NCBI GenBank assembly: GCA_045539625.1
Contig: JAZQFS010000028.1
Span: forward strand, 42,750-106,749
DNA length: 64,000 nt
Direction of reading: 5' to 3'
Source of the DNA: Eubacteriales bacterium
Lineage (GTDB): Bacteria; Bacillota; Clostridia; Oscillospirales; CAG-382
Positions within the stretch are counted from its first letter, which is position 1. Each line of letters opens with the position of its first letter. The position numbers and the translations under genes are program-made. Below, in pieces: positions 56,202-64,000 of this stretch. The notes under the pieces were generated by a model that did no database searches, was not told the DNA's origin, and saw only the letters and a list, made by a program, of their open reading frames with translations.

Positions 56202-59200
56202 ATGGGAAACGAACGCAACGAATTTGATGCTATTAAAATCGGTCTTGCCTCACCCGAAATGATCCGTTCTTGGTCACACGGCGAGGTTAAAAAGCCCGAA
56301 ACTATAAACTACAGAACCTTAAAGCCCGAAAGAGACGGTCTTTTCTGCGAAAAAATCTTTGGTCCTACAAAGGACTGGGAATGTCATTGCGGAAAGTATA
56401 AGAGAGTTCGCTATAAGGGTAAGGTCTGCGAAAAATGTCACGTTGAAATTACCACAAATAAGGTAAGACGTGAAAGAATGGGACACATTGAACTTGCTTG
56501 TCCCGTATCACACATCTGGTACTTCAGAGCTATTCCTTCAAGAATGGGACTTTTGCTTGACATCTCTCCCAGAATGTTGGAAAAGGTACTGTACTTCGCA
56601 AGCTACATCGTGCTTGATCCCGGTGAAGGTACAGGCCTTGAAAAAATGCAGCTTCTGAGTGAACAGGAATACCAGAAGGCTAAGGAATACTACGGCAACG
56701 ACTTCAGAGTAGGCATGGGTGCGGAAGCTATTAAAGAGCTTCTTGCAGAGCTTGACTGCGAAAGCCTTGCTGCTGAGCTTAAAACAGAGCTTGATACAGC
56801 CGTAGGTCAGAAAAAGGTAAGAATTATCAAGAGACTTGAAGTTGTTGAAGCTTTCAGAGTTTCAGGCAACAAGCCCGAATGGATGGTTCTTGACGTTATC
56901 CCCGTAATCCCGCCGGATATTCGTCCCATGGTTCAGCTTGACGGCGGCAGATTTGCCACAAGCGACCTTAACGACCTTTACAGACGTGTTATCAACAGAA
57001 ATAACAGACTTAATAAGATGATGGAGCTTCATGCACCTGAAATCATTATCAGAAATGAAAAGAGAATGCTTCAGGAAGCTGTTGACGCCCTCATCGATAA
57101 CGGAAGACGCGGAAGAGCGGTTACAGGTCCTAACAACAGACCTTTGAAATCTCTTTCCGAAATGCTCCGCGGTAAGCAGGGTAGATTCCGTCAGAACCTC
57201 CTCGGTAAGCGTGTTGACTATTCGGGACGTTCTGTTATCGTAGTCGGACCTGACCTTAAGATTTACCAGTGCGGTCTTCCCAAGGAAATGGCTCTTGAGC
57301 TGTTCAAACCCTTCATTATGAAGAGACTTGTTGAAACAGGCAAGGCTTCCAACATCAAGGATGCAAAGAAGAAGGTTGAACGTGTTAACGCTGAGGTTTG
57401 GGATGCACTTGAGCATGTAATCAAGGATCACCCCGTACTTCTTAACCGTGCGCCTACACTTCACAGACTTTCAATTCAGGCATTTGAGCCTGTATTGGTT
57501 GAAGGACGTGCAATCAAGCTTCACCCCTTGGTATGTACAGCGTTTAACGCCGACTTTGACGGTGACCAGATGCCTGTTCACGTTCCTCTTTCCGCAGAAG
57601 CACAGGCAGAAGCTCGCTTCCTTATGCTCTCTGCAAACAACCTCTTAAAGCCCGTTAACGGACGTGCTGTTACCGTTCCTTCTCAGGATATGGTGCTCGG
57701 TTCTTACTACCTCACCCTTCTTAAGCACGGTGAGCCCGGTGACGTAAGAATTGACGAAAACGGCAACGAAATCTACCGTACCTTCAGAAACTTTGATGAA
57801 GCTATGATGGCATACTCCGTTGGTGAGCTTGGTCTTCACTCTCCCATTAAGGTAAGAGTTGAAAAGGAAATGCCCGACGGTACGGTAAAGAGCGGTATTA
57901 TCAATGCTACTCTCGGTCGTCTTATCTTTAACAAGCCTATTCCTCAGGACCTTCACTTCATCGAAAGAAATGAAGAAAACGAGCTTGACCTTGAAATCAA
58001 TTTCGTTGTTACCAAGGATGAGCTTGGTCAGATTGTTGACCGTTCCATCAAATACCACGGTATTTCAAAGACTGCCGAGCTTCTTGACGAAATCAAGGCT
58101 ATGGGCTATAAGTACTCAACACGCGGTTCAATCTCCATCTCCGTATACGATATGACCGTTCCTCCTCAGAAGAAGGTTATTATCGCAGAAGGCGAAAAGC
58201 AGGTTGACGTTATCAGCAAGATGTACAAGCGCGGTCTTCTTTCCAACGAAGAAAGAAGAGAACGTGTTATCAAGGTTTGGGAAGACGCTACAAAGGATGT
58301 TACCAACGCACTTCAGGCTAACCTTGATGAATTCAACTCCATCAAGATGATGGCGGACTCCGGTGCGAGAGGTTCTATCAAGCAGATAAGACAGCTTGCA
58401 GGTATGCGAGGCCTTATGGCATCTACATCAGGTAAGACCATTGAACTGCCTATCAAGGCAAACTTCAGAGAAGGTCTGAACATCTTGGAATACTTCATTG
58501 CGGCTCGTGGTGCCCGTAAAGGTCTTGCCGATACAGCGCTGAGAACAGCCGACTCAGGTTACCTTACAAGACGTCTTGTTGACGTTTCACAGGAAGTTAT
58601 CGTTCGTGAAGAAAACTGTCACGACAGAGTTGGTCTCTGGGTAGAAACAATCAAGGATAACAATGAAATTATCGAGCCTCTTGCAGACAGACTGATAGGC
58701 AGATATATCATTGACGATATTTTAGATCCCGCAACAGGCGAGGTTATTGCAAAGGACGACACCATGCTCACAGAGCGTGAGGTTGACAAGATTATTGCTG
58801 CAGGTATTGAAAAGGTACACGTTCGTACCGCTCTTAACTGCCATGCAAAGCTTGGCTGCTGCGTACATTGCTACGGTGCGGACCTTGCAAGCGGAAATCC
58901 CGTTAACATCGGTGAATCTGTAGGTATTATTGCGGCTCAGTCCATCGGTGAACCCGGTACACAGCTTACCATGCGTACCTTCCATACGGGCGGTATCGCC
59001 GGCGGCGATATCACACAGGGTCTTCCCCGAGTTGAAGAGCTCTTCGAAGCAAGAAGACCTAAGAAGACAAGTGTTGTTGCAGACTTTGACGGCGAAATCA
59101 CCATCACCGAGGATAAAAAGGCAAGACACGTTAAGCTTACAAGTGCAGCAGGCGACGAGGAAAAGGTATATCTTATTCCTTACGGCACAAGAATGGTTGT

Positions 59201-59990
59201 GCAGTCAGGCGACAGTGTAACACGTGGTCAGAGCCTTACAGAAGGTAACATCAGCCCCGCTGATATTCTCAGAATCAACGGTCTTAACGCAGTATACAGC
59301 TACATCATCAAGGAAGTACAGCGTGTATACCGTCTGCAGGGTGTTGAAATTAACGACAAGCATATTGAAGTTATTGCACGTCAGATGACAAGAAAGGTTA
59401 AGATTGAGCATCCCGGTTCTACCGATATGCTTATCGGCTCACTTGTTGACATTACCGAATTTGAAACAAAGAACGCCGAAATCAAGGCTCGTCTTGATGC
59501 CGGTGAGGTTGGCATTGCAGAAGCAACCTGCTCACCTGTTCTCTTTGGTATTACAAAGGCATCACTTTCTACCGAATCCTTCCTGTCGGCAGCATCCTTC
59601 CAGGAAACAACAAAGGTTCTTACAGAAGCTGCTATCAAGGGTAAGATTGACCCGCTGGTTGGTCTTAAGGAAAATGTTATTATCGGTAAGCTTATTCCTG
59701 CTGGTACAGGTCTTTCAATGTACAGAGACGTTGAAGTAACCGATGCCGAGGGTAAGGAGCTTAAGGTTGAACAGCCTGAAGTTGAAAACAAGTACGCTGA
59801 CTTCAGAAGCGGTCTCGAAGCACTGAAGGAAGAAGGCGCATTTGACGACGAGGATACAGACGGAGAAGATGACCTTGGAGATGACGCAGACGATATGGAC
59901 GATATCGCAGACGGTGCATCAAATGTTGATGAGCTTTTAGCGGCTCTGGGCAAGGCACTTGAATCCGATGAGGAAGAAACAGAAGAATAA
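56202..59990 (+). CDS. rpoC: DNA-directed RNA polymerase subunit beta'
   Basis: 1262 aa; zinc-binding CHCGKY...CEKC; catalytic NADFDGD; acidic C-terminal tail. Confidence 0.98.
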   Translation: MGNERNEFDAIKIGLASPEMIRSWSHGEVKKPETINYRTLKPERDGLFCEKIFGPTKDWECHCGKYKRVRYKGKVCEKCHVEITTNKVRRERMGHIELACPVSHIWYFRAIPSRMGLLLDISPRMLEKVLYFASYIVLDPGEGTGLEKMQLLSEQEYQKAKEYYGNDFRVGMGAEAIKELLAELDCESLAAELKTELDTAVGQKKVRIIKRLEVVEAFRVSGNKPEWMVLDVIPVIPPDIRPMVQLDGGRFATSDLNDLYRRVINRNNRLNKMMELHAPEIIIRNEKRMLQEAVDALIDNGRRGRAVTGPNNRPLKSLSEMLRGKQGRFRQNLLGKRVDYSGRSVIVVGPDLKIYQCGLPKEMALELFKPFIMKRLVETGKASNIKDAKKKVERVNAEVWDALEHVIKDHPVLLNRAPTLHRLSIQAFEPVLVEGRAIKLHPLVCTAFNADFDGDQMPVHVPLSAEAQAEARFLMLSANNLLKPVNGRAVTVPSQDMVLGSYYLTLLKHGEPGDVRIDENGNEIYRTFRNFDEAMMAYSVGELGLHSPIKVRVEKEMPDGTVKSGIINATLGRLIFNKPIPQDLHFIERNEENELDLEINFVVTKDELGQIVDRSIKYHGISKTAELLDEIKAMGYKYSTRGSISISVYDMTVPPQKKVIIAEGEKQVDVISKMYKRGLLSNEERRERVIKVWEDATKDVTNALQANLDEFNSIKMMADSGARGSIKQIRQLAGMRGLMASTSGKTIELPIKANFREGLNILEYFIAARGARKGLADTALRTADSGYLTRRLVDVSQEVIVREENCHDRVGLWVETIKDNNEIIEPLADRLIGRYIIDDILDPATGEVIAKDDTMLTEREVDKIIAAGIEKVHVRTALNCHAKLGCCVHCYGADLASGNPVNIGESVGIIAAQSIGEPGTQLTMRTFHTGGIAGGDITQGLPRVEELFEARRPKKTSVVADFDGEITITEDKKARHVKLTSAAGDEEKVYLIPYGTRMVVQSGDSVTRGQSLTEGNISPADILRINGLNAVYSYIIKEVQRVYRLQGVEINDKHIEVIARQMTRKVKIEHPGSTDMLIGSLVDITEFETKNAEIKARLDAGEVGIAEATCSPVLFGITKASLSTESFLSAASFQETTKVLTEAAIKGKIDPLVGLKENVIIGKLIPAGTGLSMYRDVEVTDAEGKELKVEQPEVENKYADFRSGLEALKEEGAFDDEDTDGEDDLGDDADDMDDIADGASNVDELLAALGKALESDEEETEE

Positions 59991-60017
59991 TTCCTGCTTC
60001 AATTCCAAATAAAAAAT

Positions 60018-60047
60018 ACGGAGCTGCAAATCTGCGGCTCCGTTTTG
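60018..60047 (+). terminator. rho-independent terminator after rpoC
   Basis: 11-bp stem acggagctgca / tgcggctccgt (one G-U pair), then TTTT. Confidence 0.8.
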
Positions 60048-60075
60048 AATATGTAATGAGAAAGGAAAACTGAAT

Positions 60076-60552
60076 ATGAAAGCAATAATCACAATGGAAA
60101 ACGGCAAGACAATGACTATCGAGCTTTATCCCGAAAAGGCACCCATTACGGTTGATAACTTTGTAAAGCTTGCAAAGGACGGCTTTTATGACGGTCTTAT
60201 ATTCCACAGAGTAATCCCCGGCTTTATGATTCAGGGAGGCGATCCCGAAGGAACAGGCATGGGCGGCCCCGGTCATACAATCAAGGGCGAATTTCGTGCA
60301 AACGGCGTAAACAATGACCTTAAGCACACCCGCGGCGTTATCTCAATGGCAAGAACAATGGCACCCAACTCAGCAGGAAGCCAGTTCTTTATTATGCATG
60401 CAGATGCGCCTCACCTTGACGGTCAGTATGCTGCATTCGGCAAGATGACAGACGGCTTTGAAGCTCTTGACGAAATTGCCTCAGTAAGAACAAATGCCAT
60501 GGATAAGCCTCTTGACGAGCAGAAAATGGCAAAGGTTACTATTGAAGACTGA
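60076..60552 (+). CDS. ppiB: peptidylprolyl isomerase, cyclophilin type
   Basis: FHRVIPGFMIQGGDP and SAGSQFFI motifs. Confidence 0.92.
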   Translation: MKAIITMENGKTMTIELYPEKAPITVDNFVKLAKDGFYDGLIFHRVIPGFMIQGGDPEGTGMGGPGHTIKGEFRANGVNNDLKHTRGVISMARTMAPNSAGSQFFIMHADAPHLDGQYAAFGKMTDGFEALDEIASVRTNAMDKPLDEQKMAKVTIED

Positions 60553-60614
60553 TAGAAAAACTGTTTTTAGTAAAACGGCAAATATTCCTGTTTGAGAATA
60601 ACGGTAAAATAAAT

Positions 60615-60642
60615 GGCTGTATCAATGATACTTGATACAGCC
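60615..60642. terminator. bidirectional terminator
   Basis: 10-bp stem ggctgtatca / tgatacagcc, flanked by A-rich and T-rich runs. Confidence 0.75.
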
Positions 60643-60655
60643 TCTTTGCTTTTAT

Positions 60656-61033
60656 CTACTTTTCGCTCTCTACTTTTTGCAGGTATTCCTTGATTTTCGC
60701 AACGCTCTGAGCACTTATGTGGTGCTCAATTTTACAACTGTCGCTGTAGGCGGTCTCTTCATCAACGCCAAGAGCCATAAGAGCCTTTGCAATTATGTTG
60801 TGACGTTCAAATACACGTTCTGCAACGCTCTTCCCCGTTTCGGTAAGATTCAGGCTTCCGTCTTCGTCAACCGTGATGTACCCGTTTTCCCTGAGCTGCT
60901 TCATAGCAACGGAAACGCTGGGCTTTGTAAATCCGAGCTCGTTTGCCACATCGATGCTTCTTACACTGCCGTTTTTGTTTTTTAGTACAAGTATGGTTTC
61001 AAGATAGTTTTCGGCAGATTCAAGTATTTTCAT
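60656..61033 (-). CDS. DtxR/MntR family metal-dependent transcriptional regulator (short form)
   Basis: SAENYLETILVL, winged-helix VRSIDVANELGFTKPSVS and metal-site HH motifs; 125 aa. Confidence 0.8.
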   Translation of the reverse strand: MKILESAENYLETILVLKNKNGSVRSIDVANELGFTKPSVSVAMKQLRENGYITVDEDGSLNLTETGKSVAERVFERHNIIAKALMALGVDEETAYSDSCKIEHHISAQSVAKIKEYLQKVESEK

Positions 61034-61213
61034 CGTTAAAGCACCTCTTTTCTTTTGGAATTGACAACAGTATAACAGATAAATTACTTTTTGTCAAATG
61101 CTTTAAGGTAAACAATTTGCAAAGGTACATTTTTACAAAAATTATTACTTTACAAATCCATAAAAATGTGTTATTATAAAGGGTAATATATAAAGGCACA
61201 GCAGGTGATTTAC

Positions 61214-63106
61214 ATGAATGAAAAATTAATGGCAATGAAATACCTCAAAAAGATAACCAAGCCTTCAAGATATACGGGCGGAGAGCTTAATGAGGTTATA
61301 AAGGAAAAGGATGTGGTTGATGCACGATTTGCATTCTGTTTCCCCGATACATACGAAATAGGTATGTCAAATCTGGGCATAAAAATTCTCTATGACTGCC
61401 TCAATAAAGAAGATAATATCTGGTGCGAAAGATGCTTTGCACCGTGGCCCGATATGGGACAGCTTTTAAGAGAAAAGAATATACCACTCTATGCTCTTGA
61501 AAGCGGCGATGCTTTGAAGGAATTTGATTTCGTGGGCTTTACGCTTCAGTATGAGCTGTCATATTCCAATGTGCTGTATATGCTTGACCTTGCAGGTATT
61601 CCGCTGTATTCCAAGGACAGAGACGATTCCTGTCCCATTATCATCGGAGGAGGTCCTTGCTCATATAATCCTGAGCCTGTTGCAGACTTTTTTGATATTT
61701 TCAGCATAGGTGAAGGCGAATTCAGTCTTGTTGAAACGGTAAAGCTGTATATTGAGTATAAAAAGACTCACGAAAAGTTTGACAGAAACGAGTTTTTACG
61801 CCTTGCTTCACACATAAAAGGCAACTACGTTCCCTCACTTTATGAAGTAAAGTACGAGGCAAGAGACGGAGCTGTCAGCAGTATTACACCAATATATGAC
61901 GATGTTCCGTCGGTTGTTGAAAAAAACTGTGTTGTGGACTTTGATAAAGCTCCTTTCCCCGAAAAAGTGCCTGTTCCCTTTACCGAGACGGTGCACGACA
62001 GAATTATGCTTGAATGTGCAAGAGGCTGTATGAGAGGCTGCCGCTTCTGTCAGGCAGGTATTATTTACCGTCCCTACAGAGCAAAAAGCTATAAAACCCT
62101 TGACAGAGAAGCAAAGAGCCAGTATAATTCGTCGGGTTATGAGGAAATGTCCCTGTCCTCACTTTCAATCAGCGACTATCCTTGTCTTATGGAGCTTGTT
62201 GACTCCTTGAAGGAATGGACGGATAAGGAAAAGGTTTCGCTGTCACTTCCGTCAATGAGAATTGACTCCTTTGAAGCGGAAATTATGAAGAAGGTGCAGG
62301 GAGTAAGAAAAACAGGTCTTACCTTTGCTCCCGAAGCAGGAACACAGCGACTTCGTGACGTTATCAATAAAAATCTTACCGAGGACGAAATTTTAACAGG
62401 CTGCCGCAACGCCTTTTCAACAGGCAGAACAAGCGTAAAGCTGTACTTTATGAACGGTCTTCCCACCGAGCGTGACGAGGATATCGAGGGTATTGCAAAT
62501 CTCGGTCAGCAGATTGTTGACGCATATTATCAGAATCCCGATAAACCCAAAGGACGTCCCGTTGAGGTGACAATTTCCGTCGCCTGCTTTGTACCCAAGG
62601 CGCATACACCGTTCCAGTGGTGGGGACAGGACAGTCTTGAAGAGCTTGTCAGAAAGCAGAAGCTGCTTGGTAGGAGCATAAGTTCAGGTAAAATCCGCTA
62701 CAATTGGCACGAAGCCAAGGTTTCACGCATTGAGGCGGTGTTTGCAAGAGGTGACAGACGTCTGTCAAAGGCACTTGAGATTGCATACAAAAACGGTCAG
62801 ATGTTTGACGGCTGGGACGAATACTTCTCCTATGACCGTTGGATTGAATCCATTAACGAAGCAGGGCTTGATGCTGACTTTTATGCAAACAGAAAATACG
62901 AATTTGACGATGTTTTGCCGTGGCAGCATATTGACTGCGGTGTTTCGGGCAAATTCCTTGTAAACGAAGCAAAAAAGGCAATACAAGAGGTTACAACGCC
63001 TGACTGTCTTACAGGATGCTCAGGCTGCGGAGCTGCAAAATTCGGCTCAGACCTTTGCACAAAACGCTGTATAAATCCCGATAAAGCAGAAAAGGGGGAA
63101 GAGTGA
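61214..63106 (+). CDS. TIGR03960 family B12-binding-domain radical SAM protein
   Basis: CARGCMRGCRFCQAG cluster motif. Size (about 630 aa) and the downstream TIGR03936 partner fit the family. Confidence 0.78.
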   Translation: MNEKLMAMKYLKKITKPSRYTGGELNEVIKEKDVVDARFAFCFPDTYEIGMSNLGIKILYDCLNKEDNIWCERCFAPWPDMGQLLREKNIPLYALESGDALKEFDFVGFTLQYELSYSNVLYMLDLAGIPLYSKDRDDSCPIIIGGGPCSYNPEPVADFFDIFSIGEGEFSLVETVKLYIEYKKTHEKFDRNEFLRLASHIKGNYVPSLYEVKYEARDGAVSSITPIYDDVPSVVEKNCVVDFDKAPFPEKVPVPFTETVHDRIMLECARGCMRGCRFCQAGIIYRPYRAKSYKTLDREAKSQYNSSGYEEMSLSSLSISDYPCLMELVDSLKEWTDKEKVSLSLPSMRIDSFEAEIMKKVQGVRKTGLTFAPEAGTQRLRDVINKNLTEDEILTGCRNAFSTGRTSVKLYFMNGLPTERDEDIEGIANLGQQIVDAYYQNPDKPKGRPVEVTISVACFVPKAHTPFQWWGQDSLEELVRKQKLLGRSISSGKIRYNWHEAKVSRIEAVFARGDRRLSKALEIAYKNGQMFDGWDEYFSYDRWIESINEAGLDADFYANRKYEFDDVLPWQHIDCGVSGKFLVNEAKKAIQEVTTPDCLTGCSGCGAAKFGSDLCTKRCINPDKAEKGEE

Positions 63107-63741
63107 TGGTAACTTACAGAATACGCTTTGCCAAAAGAGGCGCACTTGTTTTTGTTTCTCATCTTGACTTTGCCCACTCCTTTACACGGGCACTTAAAAG
63201 GGCACAAATTCATCTTAAATACTCTGAGGGCTTCAACCCTCACCCAAAGCTTGTTTTTGCACTTCCGTTGTCGGTAGGTATGGTGGGCGAAAACGAGTAC
63301 TGCGATATTACGATAGTTGATGATTTGACGGCAGATGAGGTAAAGACACGTCTTGAAAACGCACTTACACGTGATATTGAAATTAAAAAGGTGTATGAGC
63401 CTCAGATAAAGATAGGCAAGGTTACAAGTGCAAAGTATGAAATTGTTTTTGATGACCTTGTACCGACGGTTGAAGAAATAAAGACAGCGCTTCTCAATCC
63501 TCCGTCCATTTCAAAAACCACCAAAAGCGGCAATACCAAAATGCTTGATATAAAGAGCCTTATATACGACTTTGATGCAGAGGAAGCCGACGGTAAAAAG
63601 ACAATATACCTCACACTTGCCGCAAGCGGCGAAAATTATCTTAATCCCGACCTTGTCCTTGTCAGCCTGCGTGAGGCTGGACTTGACATAAGCGAGGACT
63701 ACGAAATCACAAGAACACATATTTTATTTGCCGACAAATAA
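63103..63741 (+). CDS. TIGR03936 (DUF2344) radical SAM-associated protein
   Basis: N-terminal RIRFAKRGALVFVSHLDFAHSFTRALKRA matches my memory of the family. 4-nt overlap with the upstream radical SAM gene. Confidence 0.72.
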   Translation: MMVTYRIRFAKRGALVFVSHLDFAHSFTRALKRAQIHLKYSEGFNPHPKLVFALPLSVGMVGENEYCDITIVDDLTADEVKTRLENALTRDIEIKKVYEPQIKIGKVTSAKYEIVFDDLVPTVEEIKTALLNPPSISKTTKSGNTKMLDIKSLIYDFDAEEADGKKTIYLTLAASGENYLNPDLVLVSLREAGLDISEDYEITRTHILFADK

Positions 63742-63760
63742 ACGGCAGAAGGAATAATAC

Positions 63761-64000
63761 ATGGAATATTTTGCAGGAAGCATTGATACGGCGGTAGTTG
63801 GTGCAGGTCACGCAGGAATAGAAGCGGCACTTGCAGCTGCACGTCTTGGATGCAAAACAATACTGTTCACAATAAATCTTGATGCAGTTGGCAACATGCC
63901 CTGTAATCCGTCAATCGGCGGAAGCGGAAAAGGTCACCTTGTGTGTGAGCTTGATGCTCTTGGCGGCGAAATGGGAAAGATAGCAGACAAAGTTTGTATG
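63761..64000 (+). CDS. mnmG: tRNA uridine 5-carboxymethylaminomethyl modification enzyme MnmG (5' part, runs off the window)
   Basis: [22 protein letters not shown] motif and [21 protein letters not shown]. Confidence 0.9.
   Translation, partial: MEYFAGSIDTAVVGAGHAGIEAALAAARLGCKTILFTINLDAVGNMPCNPSIGGSGKGHLVCELDALGGEMGKIADKVCM

Noticed and set aside
61034-61213. Possible DtxR/MntR operator in the divergent region (ttgacaa...ttgtcaa, tttgcaaa palindrome)
   Set aside because: The palindromes are short (7-8 nt) and AT-rich, and I cannot match them to a known DtxR/MntR box with confidence.
1-64000. Search for CRISPR arrays, IS elements or transposases, integrases, reverse transcriptases, restriction-modification or other known defence genes, and rRNA operons
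   Set aside because: None seen. There are no regularly spaced direct repeats, and no ORF carries DDE, tyrosine- or serine-recombinase, RT (YxDD) or nuclease hallmark motifs.

Overview
This window looks like a chromosomal segment of a moderately low-GC Firmicute (Clostridia, Oscillospiraceae/Ruminococcaceae-like by gene content and codon style; a guess, no database search was possible). It is dominated by housekeeping genes. From 1 to 29.8 kb there is one long plus-strand run: yybS-like, gdpP, soj, argS, yebC, HIT, mtaB, ecfA1/ecfA2, a MATE pump, secA, prfA, tsaC, coaE, an M18 aminopeptidase, a galactokinase-like kinase and a YycJ-like MBL hydrolase. From 29.9 to 50.8 kb the strands are mixed: sigma factor, thiT, murC, spoVG, two Gfo/Idh/MocA oxidoreductases, Nudix, DUF523, pgeF, rplJ-rplL and rsmA. 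The window ends with rpoB-rpoC, ppiB, a DtxR-family regulator, the TIGR03960/TIGR03936 radical-SAM pair and the start of mnmG. RNA features the ORF track cannot show: a Bacillus-type long SRP RNA (37050-37348, minus), tRNA-Leu(UAG) (33273-33356), a TPP riboswitch before thiT, and an L10-leader-like attenuator before rplJ. I found no CRISPR array, transposase, integrase, reverse transcriptase or recognisable defence or toxin gene, and I cannot point to a convincing new multi-gene system. The most unusual items are: (1) an unannotated promoter / long hairpin / terminator unit before a 31-aa membrane peptide ORF and a DUF4230-like gene, in an AT-rich islet; (2) a tRNA-Leu-adjacent AT-rich islet with an Avd-like four-helix-bundle protein coupled to a miniature C15-peptidase-like protein; (3) a roughly 60-80 nt repeat with a 25-nt exact core, present twice in inverted orientation 10.3 kb apart; (4) a secA-prfA block of uncharacterised membrane proteins sharing a repeated motif; (5) a cytoplasmic lyase-like protein with two oxidoreductases. 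All calls rest on reading the sequence and remembered family motifs. Nothing was computed apart from hand counting.
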